Source of the DNA: Chlorokybus atmophyticus
Lineage: Eukaryota > Plantae > Mesostigma and Chlorokybus algae
Assembly (NCBI GenBank): GCA_009103225.1
Contig: RHPI01003467.1
Location: 1 to 36,771 of the forward strand
DNA: 36,771 bases
Direction: 5' to 3'
The notes under the pieces are model-generated. The model was not told the origin of the DNA, did no database searches, and saw only the letters and a program-made list of their open reading frames with translations. Shown here piece after piece: positions 21,752 through 33,673 of the stretch. Within the stretch, counting starts at the first letter, position 1. The number at the start of each line of letters is the position of its first letter. The position numbers were made by a program, and so were the translations under genes.

Positions 21752-23854
21752 CTAGCAACCTGCATCTGTTTCTGCAGCCTCAGCCCTTGGTTTTGCAACC
21801 CACTGCGGGCAAGGCTCCTCCGGCTTGCCTGAAGCTTGCTGCTGACCTCTCAACAGTGGAGCTGCATTGCTGCTCCTTGAGGGCTGAACCACTCTAACCC
21901 TACTTGCTCTCTCTCTATCCCCTCTATAATGTTGTCTTTGCTGCATCGTTGTCGGCCTTTGCCGCTCTGCTGATAACAAGTCTCCGGCTACACTACTTTT
22001 GTTACTACTACTCGTGGCCGTGTGTGACTCGTGGAAGCCGCCATCGAGCGGGACAGAACTTGACCGACTGTTTGGTGGGATATCTCCACCACTGTGAGAA
22101 CCTCTTTGCTGGCCACCGCGGTTGCGATATCGATGATGATGACGAGGTGCCCTCTGCTGCGCATGCTGCTGGGAGATATCGCTTGGCGCCGCGCGTGCTC
22201 TTCTAGTGTTGTTGTTGTTGTTGTTCTTGTTGTTGTGTGCGCCTACCTTTGGTGTCTGCTGATCAGATGTTGTGGCATTTGACGTGCTGGCTTCCGGAGG
22301 AGGCGTGGGTGCTGGCCGTATGTACACGGTGTCTTCAGTGATGGTTGCAACGCCTTTTATCTCTATGATGCCTCCCCGTGCTTTCTGGCTTCGATACAGC
22401 TGCTCAAAGCTGCGCTGCCTTGCCTCTTCTATGACTTTCAGCTCCGATGTCAACACCACGGTCTGCATATTAGAGTTGGGGTCCATATCGCTGCCTCCAC
22501 CTGCGGCCTCCTCTTGCAGCCAGCCACTCGCATGGGCGATATCGCTGGCATGAATGATATATCTGCAAATCGGACAGAACAATCGCTCGGGCAGGGAAGC
22601 CATGTCCTTCCCACCAGCTTGATATAGCCACCAGCGCCGGAAACAAACCCGATGAAAGCAGTGATAGCAACTCATGAGCTTGACAAGCTGGCTTTCATCC
22701 GCTTCATGCAGAGGCATAAGACAGAACACGCAGTCGCCTTCGGGCGCATTCATTGCAGTTAGACGCTCGCGAGCGGCTTCTATCAGCGCAACGAGCATGG
22801 GACTGCCCTCGAGTTCTGATAGTGTCTCCCGCAATGTTGTTAATAACGTCTTCACACGGCCTTCCAACCCACGCACATTGGTGAACGCCACCTCCGGAGC
22901 GTGCTTAGGATACTGCATGACATATAATCCTGTATATGCTGTATTATGCACCTGAAGCACAAACATGCGTGCATGCGTGCGCGTGCACGTGTGCCACAGC
23001 TTAGGGACTCAGCCAAGTTGCAACAGCAATCGTCCAGCGCCCCGAGCATACATGATAACAACAGGTTTATGCGGCATACAGACCACAACTACCCAACAGA
23101 GTACCGAACCATGCAAACAAGAGCCACCATCAAGGAATTCTTCACTCAGGCACATGCACATACACGCATGTGTGTGCACACATGTGTATGTATGTGCATG
23201 TATACATGCACATGCACACGTATATCTATACATGTATGTATGAATGTATGTATGTATGTATGTATTTATGCGTGTATACATACATAAGTACACATATACG
23301 AGGTGCCGGTGGCTACATAAGAACGCTGATGCCAATGCATGGCGCAGATAGTAAAAGCAAAAGATCAGCAGGCACGCAGCCATGCCGACGTGAACATTCA
23401 GTCGTACCTGATTAGAAGCTTTCACAACCAAAGTAGCGCTCACGAACTGCGCACAAGAAAATACAAGTCGACTTTGTCTGACAAACCAAGTCAAAATTGC
23501 GTGCTGCTGTACTATGCGCTCAATATGCTCTTTCACTTTTGACTATCATAACCATCACAAGCCATCATCATCATGACCAAGCATGCTTAAGGCAATGTCT
23601 ATTAAGAAAAGAGAAACAAACTGATGCTGAATGCAACTTGACACACACTGCGGAGTTAAAATGTCCATGTCAGCCAAACAGACCTGCTGGGTGACGTCCT
23701 CAGCGGTGTAAGGCGCAAGGTCAATCTCCAGCGCAGGCGGCCTCCTCCGCCAGACTCTCAGCCTGCCGTCGCCATCGCCGTCAACGTCGCCATACAGCGC
23801 CTCCACCGCCGCCAGCTCCTCCTCGTCCTCCCCCGCCGCCTCCACCACCTCCAT
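21752..23854 (-). CDS. RNF25: RWD domain + RING-H2 E3 ubiquitin ligase (RNF25/AO7-like) with a low-complexity C-terminal tail
   Basis: Exons: 23854-23684, 23446-23408, 22912-21752, all phase 0. RWD features: EEELAAVEALYGD, LAPYTAEDVTQQFVSATLVV, YPKHAPEV, GSPMLVALIEAARERL. RING-H2: CVFC...CYHCFHRVC...CPICR. Confidence 0.9.
23150..23295. repeat. Alternating purine-pyrimidine / (TATG)n compound microsatellite in RNF25-like intron 2
   Basis: CACATGCACATACACGCATGTGTGTGCACACATGTGTATGTATGTGCATG...(TATG)n is seen directly. Confidence 0.8.
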
Positions 23855-23926
23855 GCTGGACAATGCCCATGGCGACTTACTTGTCCTGGTTAGTGGTGTT
23901 AAGGGTTGTAGGCGGTGGCGGCGGTG

Positions 23927-26900
23927 ATGGCGCTGGCGGGTGCCCGGCGCCGGCCCAGCGCCGTGGTGGTCGTGCCGGAGGAGGAGGAAGATGGCGGCGA
24001 CGACGGCCGCCTCAGCGCCGGCCAGTTCAGGGTGAGCGAGCGGGCTCAAGCTCGGCCGGCTGTGGACAAACCCTAGCCCTACTCAGGGTTTTTGTCCACA
24101 TTCACATGCTGCGCATGCTCGTGGAGTGCACACTTCATTCAGTGCTAATATTCGCACGAGGTCGAGCTACTTGGCGTTTTTTGTTAGCGAAGGGTTTGCT
24201 CGCCTGCGTTGCCGAGCACTTTAAGAGGTGTTTTCTGACCCCGGCTGCGCTTTGATTGCTTGAAGCTGCCACACGCAACCCTTGTGGTGCTCACCTTGCA
24301 AGCTGATATTGTTCACATGCAAGCATGCTCGCAGTAGTGATGGCAGTTGTTGGTAGTGCTTGTCATGCACTGGCAATGCACGCTTGTTTCTGCTCGCTTG
24401 TACGTGTATGCTATGCAAAGCCATGCCGAAGGCAACAGCGTGACATTGCGTGGCTACTTGCCTTGTAGGCCTTTGCCAACAACAAAGATGATTGCATGAC
24501 AAGTGCCCATTGTTGGCACCATGCACAGAAATCCGCAGTGCGCTCTAATGTTTGCCTTTTCGTAGGGTGCATTTGCTGCCGACAGCTTTGTGTCCGACCT
24601 GCTGCTCGCCGCCGCTCCTCACATTGCTGACACGCGCCTAGTGGTGGACAGCAACAGCAGCAACGTCGGCAATGCCGAGCACGCCACCGACAACAGCAGC
24701 GCCGCCCTGCAGTTTCCTGGCGTTCCCACCCTGCTGGCTGTCCTCATGCAAGTCACGCAGGAGCTTGCAGAGCTTGGCACGCAGGTGATGATGGTGTGAG
24801 TCAATGCCAGTTGATCACACCAACATGCAAGGTTGCTTGTTGATTCTGTTGTATGGGCTGCGTGCAGGTGGACAAGCGCATTCAGGGTTTGGAACGCAGC
24901 GTTGCAGCTGAGGAGGTTGCGCATGCGAATGATCTTCACGAGGTCAGTCCATGTTTGTGCTTGTGCGCATCGCCACTTGCACAAAGTCCACGTACACATG
25001 CGCTCATAGCAACATGGTGGGTTTCCAATGCTGTCCTCACACAGTTGGAAGAGGGCATGGAGCAGCTGCTCGATAGCTTCTCAATGCTCGACGAGCATGT
25101 TGGGCAGGTCTCGCGCACTGCGGCCCGTATTGGCGATCGACTTCAGGTCAGCAACTGCATTGCGTTAAGTATATGCAAAAACACATTTGCATCTTATGGC
25201 AGCAATCCAATCCTTGGACGAGGCAATGGCCACTTGGCTACCTTTAAACTGCCTTCGTATGGCTGTGCGAGGTTCTCTCTGCAGTGTCCTAACTAGTTTG
25301 CTGCCCAGAACAATGTGAAATCGTAGTACTGCATGCCAGCTTCCCTATACACTGAATGCGGTCTCCAAGGTTCACAACATGTATCATAAAAGCATGCACT
25401 TCTATCTGGTGTGGATGCAAGTTACTTACATCATACCCCTGCTTAGCTAGAGCCAAGAGACGCAGCGGCTGCGTGCTGAAGAGGCGCAACAGCTGATGGA
25501 GGTATTGTACCCACAATGACTACTACTTACACGCCTGCATTGGGAAGGGTTTGTTGCTGCGGAAGATAGCATCTGATAAATAAAAATTGTTTTTGATACA
25601 CGCTTGGACATGTCAGTACTTGATGGAGTTCAACGCGCGTCCCGGGGACTTGAGAGGGATATCAAGAGTGTTTAAAGATAACAACTCGTTGACTGAAGCT
25701 GCAACCCTTGCAAAGAAGCTACGTGCGTCTCGCATGCTCGCATGTGTTATTTGCAACTCTCGTATGATTTGCCACGTCAACTCAATTGTCTTTGACAGGT
25801 GCGTTTGCTGAGCAGCCTCCAGCTCGCTCCAGTGCGCCGGTTGAGTTGTTATCTGTAGAAGCTAGCGCACCAAGCGGCAATGCGAATGCGTCCATGCGCT
25901 TGCGGCGCTCTTCCTCACAATCGCGCACATTGACATCAGACCCAGGTGGCCTCTCCGTGGCTGTCGCCAACCTTCAGCAGTACTGCAATGGTATGCCAGT
26001 GCTTGGTGGTGTCATGTCAATGGCATGGACTTGTTGTTTGTGGTTAGCTTCAACAACACATTTACCCTTGCAGAGTTGGAGAACCGCTTGCTAGATCGCT
26101 TTCAAGATGCGCTTCAGGAGAATGATGTTGATGAGATGGCAACATGCGCAGAGACACTCGTTCAGGTTTGTTGCAGCACATGCATAGGAGGTTCAAATGT
26201 CTGCATCTGAGAATCGGTACTCATGGAAGCAATGCCCCCTAAGACACTTCCGTCAACAGTTCAACGGAGGTCATAATGTAATGCAACGCTTCGTTGCAAC
26301 ACGTCCAATGTTCATGGACGTGCAAGCCATGCTTGGTGGTGACCCCAATGGTGATGTTGGTGAAGGAGAGGTGCGAGCAACCAGCGGTGTTGCCCAAGCC
26401 AAGGCTGCACTCGAACCGTTGTTTGCATCCATACTAGGTCTGTAGATCAATGCCGACAAGACATGTCTCAAGCTTGTTGTCTGCATATCACGTTGTGAAT
26501 GCGCACTCGCTTCTTTGACACCAGATGAGGTGAAAGAAGGTGCCAACATTGCTGCCCAAGTATTCCCGTCGCCGCCAGCTGTGATGGCCATGCTTGTACA
26601 GGTAAGCCCGCTTCCTGTGACATAGCCAATCGCGTTTCGTGTCTTGTTCAGCAAGCAATGGCATAGTGCTCAAAACGTTGGCTTTCGTATTGCAGCGAGT
26701 GTTGGAGCAACGCGTGCAAGCAGCCTTGGACCAGTTGCTGCCTGATTCTGCAGCGCCAGCAGCAGACGGCCTCAGCATGCTGGAGGTTGGTATCCAACAT
26801 GAGAGACGCTGTGTTTTCGTTGTAGCACATTACCACTACTTACTGCACACACTGGCTGCACAATTATGGCAGCTTTCTCCTTGCACGCATTGGCTGAGCT

Positions 26901-28994
26901 GTTTTATGCGCAGTATCTGAGGCTGCTGCAAGACGCGTACACCAGGACAAAGCAGCTGGCCACTGAGCTCACTGAGATCGGTTGCGGCGAGTTGGACGTG
27001 CAAGGTGTGTTGCAAACGTGCACGCTGGTTGCGTGTGGAATTGTTGTAGTGCAATACCCTCACACTTCTTGTGCTGTCGGCATGCGCAGGCCTTGCCGAC
27101 TCGCTGTTCTCAAATCATCGCGAGGAGTATATTGAAAATGAGCTGGCGTGCTTGAAGATGCTTGGCGCACCGGTATGATGATGTCTTTGTATCAAGTGCT
27201 AAGGCATGTGTTCGCTTGTTGTATTTCAAGAGTGTCACTGCTTGCAGACATTGGCATCCGCGACTGGCGTGGTTCATTTCGCGGACTATGCGATCGCAAG
27301 TGTACAACAGACAAAAGAAGCAGTGACACGCTGCACCAAGCTGGTGCCGCAGCGAGCCACGTGTGCGACTTACATACAGCGGCTCTTTTTCGTGCTACTG
27401 GAACAGGTTAGGGAGGTTCATGGATGGTGTCATCTGCTACCTTTGTGCATGTATTCTCATCTCACAATGCTGCTGCAGGTCGGGACGCAAGTGCTAGGCA
27501 GCCTCAAAACAGCCGTCGAGGGCGTGATGGCGGCAATTATTGCTGTCGAGAGGGGCGGCGCAGGCGGTGGAGGCAAGCGTGCGGCAACAGCTGCTTCTGC
27601 CGGGGTGGGTGTGTGGGTGTATTTGTGGACACCATTAGACTTGCCTGTATGCATCTCTTGCTCTGTCCGGTCTTATGCTTGTTCAATTGGATTTAATAGT
27701 GTTGTGTTGCGATTGCAGAGCACCGCTGCCGCCACTGTTGCCGAGAGCAGCTTGCGCTCCATGTTTGCTGTTATTTCAGAAGCGAGTGCTGCGGTTCCGT
27801 CTGTGCACGAGCATTACGAGACAATTATATCCAGCTCTGTTACAGCTGTACCACATTCCCAGGTTTGCATTGCCTTTGCAGTGATGGTCAATCACAGGCC
27901 GTGTGCACACACAAAGATTTTTTGAGTTTCATGCACTTACAATCGTTGATGTATGTGTATAGGCTGCGTGCAGCACGGAGCTGTTGGCCTTCTTGCGTGT
28001 GACAGAGGAGCAAGTCACGCGTGGCCTGCAAGCTGCACTGCACCTTGTCATAGTGCAGGTATCTTTGCGCATGCACGCACGCGCAAGCACGCAAACTCAC
28101 ACGCACCGACCGGTTTCATGCGTTGAGACCCGCTAACAACGGCTTGTGTGGGGCCCTGTTCAGGTTGATCGCACATTGCTTGCTGAGCAGAGTGCCAGTG
28201 ACTTTCAACCCAAGGATGCAGCAGCCATGCCAGATCATCGGTCAACAGCGGCATGCACAAAGTACGCATGGGTGTCTGATAGAGCCATGTCGGCCTGGAT
28301 GTGCGTTTCGGGTCGAGTTACACAGGTTGTGTCGCTCAGGGCTTTGGAGCTGCTCCAGAACACGCAGATCGTGGTGCGGAAGGCTCTGGACGAAGCCAAT
28401 CGGCAGTCTTTCTTGACCGGTTTGGGTTTCAGGCTGCATTCTGTGCTTTTGACGCACATTGAACGTTTCATCTTCAATTCTAGGTGATTTTCTGAAGGCA
28501 GCAGCGATTCTGATCGCAACATTGTGCTGTTGGTCACCTAAGTTTTCATCACTGACACGTGCATGTACGTGTGTCAGTGGAGGTTTGCGATTGAAGCGGG
28601 ACATATCCGAGTACAGCGCATTCGTGAGGTCATTCAACTCACCTGCAGTTCAAGAACGCTTTGAGAGACTCAGCACGTAAGCCTGGATGCCTACAAACAC
28701 TCGATTGTAAATTTTAGATCAACTTGAACAACATTTGTTTCAGTGATAGTCGTGCAAGTGTTGGAGATGACACCCTTGACCTGTGACATCACTTGTTGTG
28801 TGGTTTGCGCCAGCAGCACTCGTATTTTACCTGATATGCGCAGGCTGATTAACGTGTTCATCGTGGCACCTGAGTCGCTGCGCCAATTGGTGGACACCAC
28901 GCTTGGGCTCACCGCGCAGGAAGCACTTCGCTACCTCAAGCTTCGAGAAGACTTTAAGTCTGCCAAGATTGCGAGCTTGTTTGCTGGGCTGTAG
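23927..28994 (+). CDS. SEC10: Exocyst complex component SEC10 (EXOC5)
   Basis: About 21 phase-consistent exons: 23927-24031, 24566-24784, 24868-24942, 25045-25146, 25451-25501, 25617-25722, 25799-25990, 26074-26165, 26260-26437, 26525-26601, 26696-26785, 26914-27004, 27090-27172, 27248-27406, 27479-27604, 27719-27862, 27963-28058, 28164-28260, 28340-28482, 28578-28676, 28844-28994. Plant Sec10-like motifs: TAARIGDRLQ, YLMEFNARPGDL, FVATRPMF, PDHRSTAAC, GGLRLKRDISEYSAFVRSF, LINVFIVAPESL, LREDFKSAKIA. Confidence 0.96.
24068..24075 (+). promoter_or_regulatory. Telo-box (AAACCCTA) in SEC10 intron 1, about 210 nt upstream of the RNF25-like ATG, embedded in an inverted repeat (24061-24100)
   Basis: Exact octamer. 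The flanks TGTGGACAAACCCT and AGGGTT-TTTGTCCACA pair with a 2-nt bulge. Confidence 0.5.
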
Positions 28995-30702
28995 TTTGCG
29001 CCTTTTTTCTAATGGGCTGCTTGCCAAGGCCATGCGGTGGGTGCTAACCTTAGTACCCACCGCCTGGGGTTCGTGTGCATAGGACACACTTTGTGTGCTT
29101 GGCAACACCCTGAGTAGCAGCACATGGGGTCATCAATTTGTGCATTCATAGTTGGCGTTGGAGCCAATGGCTGTGTGTGTTGCTAGACCGATGGGGTGCA
29201 CGCGTTTGTGGTGTGGTAGGGAGCAACTTGGGTAGTGTGACATTATGATGTATTACATACAAATGATGAGCAAGTGAGTATGGGAATGGGCTGGTTTTAT
29301 TTTGTGTTGTGCATGATGCTGCTTTGGCAGGCGTTGCATTATGCAAGCTTGCAGTTTACTCATGCCCTAGTGCAGAGTCGGACGCAGCACTCGCGTAGGT
29401 GGGCAGTGGATGTGGCACATGCCGCTAGCTACATAATGTGCTAGGGCCTGTGTGTGGGTGGGGTGTGTAGGAAATCAAAGGAAATAGTGCGCGCAGCCAA
29501 GGACAGCATCATGCATGCGCAAGTATATCTCATTATGCTCGAGCATAGTATCTGACAATGTGAAATCCATAGCGCTAATCACAGGGCAGTCGGAGTAGCG
29601 GTAGGATAGAGGGTAGGATTAGCCCGGTGGTCGTGTATGCAACATGCAGGTGCGTTGAGTGGCTTGCGTGTGGTGGATGCTGTGCAAATGCATGTGGCTA
29701 TCAGATGCTCGCATATCCTGTACAAACCCATCAAGCCCACACTAATCGATAATGCACGGACAGTACCAACAAGTCCCATATTCGTCGCAACCATCTCACA
29801 TCACTCGAGTATGCAACCAACGGCATTGCATGCTAGCAGTACGCCAGCCTCATGTCAAGATCATTGCATCGTCCGACAACTTTTACTTGTACACATGTAC
29901 ACGAATATAGCCGCCTCACCAACAGCGCCATCCCCTGAGCACACAACGCACAAGAAGTTCGCTGCTTGTATGCGGACATGAAGCCTGACATGCGGGTAGC
30001 AGGCAGGGCCTTGGGCTGGACCCCGCGGTGCCATTGAACGCTTGTATGTCAAGGATAATAGAGGTGGTGGAGCGCCCTTGCAAGCCACTTGCGGAGCAGA
30101 GCAGTGAAGTATTGGATATGCATATTTATTGATTACATAGCTTCACATCATAGTGACATGGGACGAGTGTGTTTGTACAATGCATTGTGTGCACATCTTC
30201 TGCATGGCATCGCCTTTGCGTCAGTCAAGCCAGTTGACATTGTGCTGCTGGCTGTCGGTATTCATGGTATCACAGAGTTGGCTGTGGTTTTCATGGTGTT
30301 GTAGTGGTTACGAAATTTGGGCTGTATATGTGGTTGTCTTTGTCTCGGTGTTACAGAATTGTGTTGGACACTGCCCTGCACAGATGACTTGCAGTTCATA
30401 AGGTAACCTCAATTTGTCACTACAATGCTACAGCTGTGCAATTGGCTGTGCTTTGCAACACGGCAAAGAATGATTCTAGCAACAATCTATCATGTTCACG
30501 CTAACCCTCAGTCTCAGCTAATCTGAAACAAGTGCCTAATGTCGTTTCTAAGCCTAGTGCCATGTCTCCAGCTTACAAAAAGCATGTCTTTTTTTCCAAA
30601 ATGCTGGCCATGATGGCACAAGCGCATCCTATTGCGGACTATCGTGGCGGTGCCAAGGAGCCATGAAATTCCACAGTCGCCTCGTGTAGGCTGAACAGTG
30701 GT

Positions 30703-33673
30703 TTATGACTGCCAGGTGGCTATGTTGTCAACGTCGAACGACGGCTCCACTTGCTGAGCCTGAAGCAGCTGTGCTTCAGAGGGCTTTTGCCCTCCCACGT
30801 GACCAGCTCTTTCTAAGTTGGCGGGCGTCTTAGGCCGGCTATCGGCAGCAGCTTGGATGTTAGCTACCCCGGCCGAGACCACGGTGCCGCAGCTAATGGG
30901 CTGGTCCTTGATGCACCCTGTGACATTGAAGTTGGTATGCTGTACGTGCTTGCGGAACTGCGCAAGGTCGCACGGGGGGAGCTTCCCCTCAGTGACTGTT
31001 CTAAGAACATCTTTGGTGCACAGCTCATTCTGCTGATCTAAGATGATAATGGCGGCCTTGTTGCAGGTCTGCGTGGCGTAGTCCCATATGAACGCCGTGG
31101 CCTCCGCTTGAGCCTCCACCAGCTCGCTATGGTTAGCATGGCTTCGCAGCGGCACCCATGTGTGTTGGAACAGCGACTGCTGCGGGACCATCGTGCTCGC
31201 TATCACCGTTCGTGCTGGGTGCCACTCATCCGGACCAATGCTTACCACGCTCACTTGCACGCCATACATGAATGGCTTTGCAAGGTGTGAGAGCACGCCC
31301 AGCGTGCGCATGTTGAGTGGCCTCTCTTGTCTCAACATCATGATTACGTGAACATCTGCACCTTGAGGAGGTACAAACTCAGCTTCCTCTTTGACAGCTG
31401 GACATGCAGCTTCGTCCCCCTCTGTCATAGCACTCAGGCTCATTAGCAAGCGGGAAGCACCAACACAGACTTAACCAAAACAAACTGCGTGTTGTGCATG
31501 CCAGAACATGCCTTGTGGTGTTCGGACCATAGGGGACAACGCGTCTTCCCAGTAGCATTTGCTGCCTGATAGTGCATAGTGTGCGTCGTTGGGGAGAGGG
31601 CAGCAAAATGTGAGGCGCGGTACGACAGCGTCATAAGTCATGTTGTGGATGGACTCCAGTGCTTGGGTTAAGAACTCCTTACTCTTCACATAACCCCGGT
31701 AGGGGTTGGGCTGAACGCTTACATCCATCGGCGTGTTCCCGTATTCATCTGGTGCCTGCAACACCAACAAGGTTGGTTAAACAGTCAGTGACATGACGCA
31801 ATAGTACCTGACCATCGTAAACATGGTTTCATACCCGCTTCTGGCGGGCGAGATCGATATCAAGAAACACGCCCTTCTCGTAAGTGACCATCACCCTGGG
31901 TTCAATGACCACGCGAGTGCGGTTGCGAAACAGGTGCCAGACATCATTGCAGAAATGTGTCATCTCTGATGCCGCGCATTGTCCGTCCCACGTGCGTGTG
32001 CGGAACTTGACCTTGTGCTCCGTGAAGAGAGCAGCATCCAATGCTGCCATACCGTTCCATGTACAATGAACCTGTTGCAAACAGGGGCTTGTTGCATTTG
32101 CCTTAGGTTGGGGCTGTACAGTCAAGAAAGCAAGTCAAAATACCTGTACAGGAAGGCCAGCTTGCAGGCGCGCCTGCTGTGAAGCTAAGTGCGAGAAAGG
32201 TGGGGCGGCATCAAAAGGCGCGCCATCAATGTCCCGTCCCACCCAAGTGTCATAGTACCTAACTCGGTTGCTTTCCCATTCTATTGAATGTATGTCAAAG
32301 CCAGAAGCAATGTGCGCATTGTGCAGGAGAAGGACCAGTGCGTCCTCAGCGCAGAAGAACACATCATTCAGGAACAACACCTGCATTAATTGTTGAGGTT
32401 TGGAGTCTGTAGTTTGCATCTGTGTTCAGGAACAAAGTCCAGAAAGTGAGGGGTGAGGACGATTACCTTGTCGTAAGTTGTATTGGAGGCAAACAGTGGG
32501 TCAAGCGCACGGTTCCTCACATCAGCCAGAAAATCAATGCGCTGGCGTTTACCGCGAACCATGGTGCTTCCGACAACTTGATGGGCAACGCGCATGCTAG
32601 TCAAAAACCACTTGAACATTGTCAACAGTGCGGGTGTGGAGTCCTGGCTGCCACTTTCAAAAATGGACACGAAACTGTTCTTGCGATCCACAACGGACAG
32701 CACCCGCATGATCTGCGCGCAAGCCAATGCCAGTGAGACATGTACAGGGAACTACCAGACACAAGATGCTGGTTGCTGGTGTTGCAATGACGGCAACTAT
32801 ATGGACCCTCCTGACATCAAGGCAAGTGCAGTAACATGTTTGCAAGCTTGCACACCTGCGTGATGGAATGGCCTAACACTTTCTCGTTCTCATGCAAATT
32901 TATTGCAATGTAGACACGCGTGTGTTGAAGTTGCTTTCCCAGGTGCGTGTCCGCAATGCCGTTCGCCCAATGGCGGTCACAAACAATATTGGTGACGTCA
33001 TTCGCTAGAGCTGGTGGAAATGCCTGCGCATACCAGTTTTCTTATTTACGATGTGAACCATCGCGCTAGTCAACAACAGCATCATGACCATCACCAGCAG
33101 TATGCAACGCATGTTGCACCTGTGGCATTGCATGTGAGATGTGCTCCCTAGCCAAGTTAGCTGTGTGCAGTTTCGCTCGCCTGCAAGCATTGACATCATT
33201 GCACTTGGTTAGTTAACGCAGAGTGTGTTAATGTACCACATGCACATTTGCAGTGGTGTACCAACCTTTGCATCCAGTCGGCATCCGGGCTATTCACATC
33301 AAGGCTAGGCAGCTTAACATTGAAGGCAGAGCGCCATTGTAATGTGTGGGAAGTCCCAAACAACAATACGTGTATGGCCAATGAGAACACCATAGCAAGG
33401 GCAGCAATGCGCAGCACTGGCGACTTGTCCCGCCATCGGGCAAGCCATTCCAACCTAAGAGAGTGCAAGTTTCAGCTTAACTGCGGCAGGCAACATCAAT
33501 GGTGTACACAGAAGTGACATAGTGTGTGTTTCTCACCTGCCGTGCCTGGCGTACCCACTGCCGTTGAGAGGTGGGCTTATCGGCCTCCCATTGTTGGGCG
33601 ACCATGGGCTGAGCGGGCCGGCGAAACTTTTGGACCTTGGTGGTGCATGGTAAGAAGGAATGCGCTCACCCAT
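30703..33673 (-). CDS. Type II membrane glycosyltransferase of family 69 (CAP59/cryptococcal mannosyltransferase 1-like) with an extra C-terminal domain
   Basis: Exons: 33673-33537, 33454-33262, 33023-32856, 32712-32467, 32380-32144, 32071-31835, 31755-31512 (or 31476), 31421-30703. Signal anchor: IAALAMVFSLAIHVLLF. CAP59-family motifs: VYIAINLHENE, FVSIFESGSQDST, RIDFLADVRNRALDPL, KVLFLNDVFFCAED, YYDTWVGRDIDG, PVQVHCTWNGMAAL, CAASEMTHFCND, VVIEPRVMVTY. Confidence 0.88.

Noticed and set aside
23863-24255. Overlapping ORFs across the RNF25/SEC10 junction
   Set aside because: These are alternative frames of GC-rich first exons. Only one frame per strand splices into the recognisable proteins.
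29000-30700. Several 65-115 aa ORFs between SEC10 and the GT69 gene
   Set aside because: No motifs or consistent splice chain were found; most likely convergent 3' UTRs and intergenic DNA.
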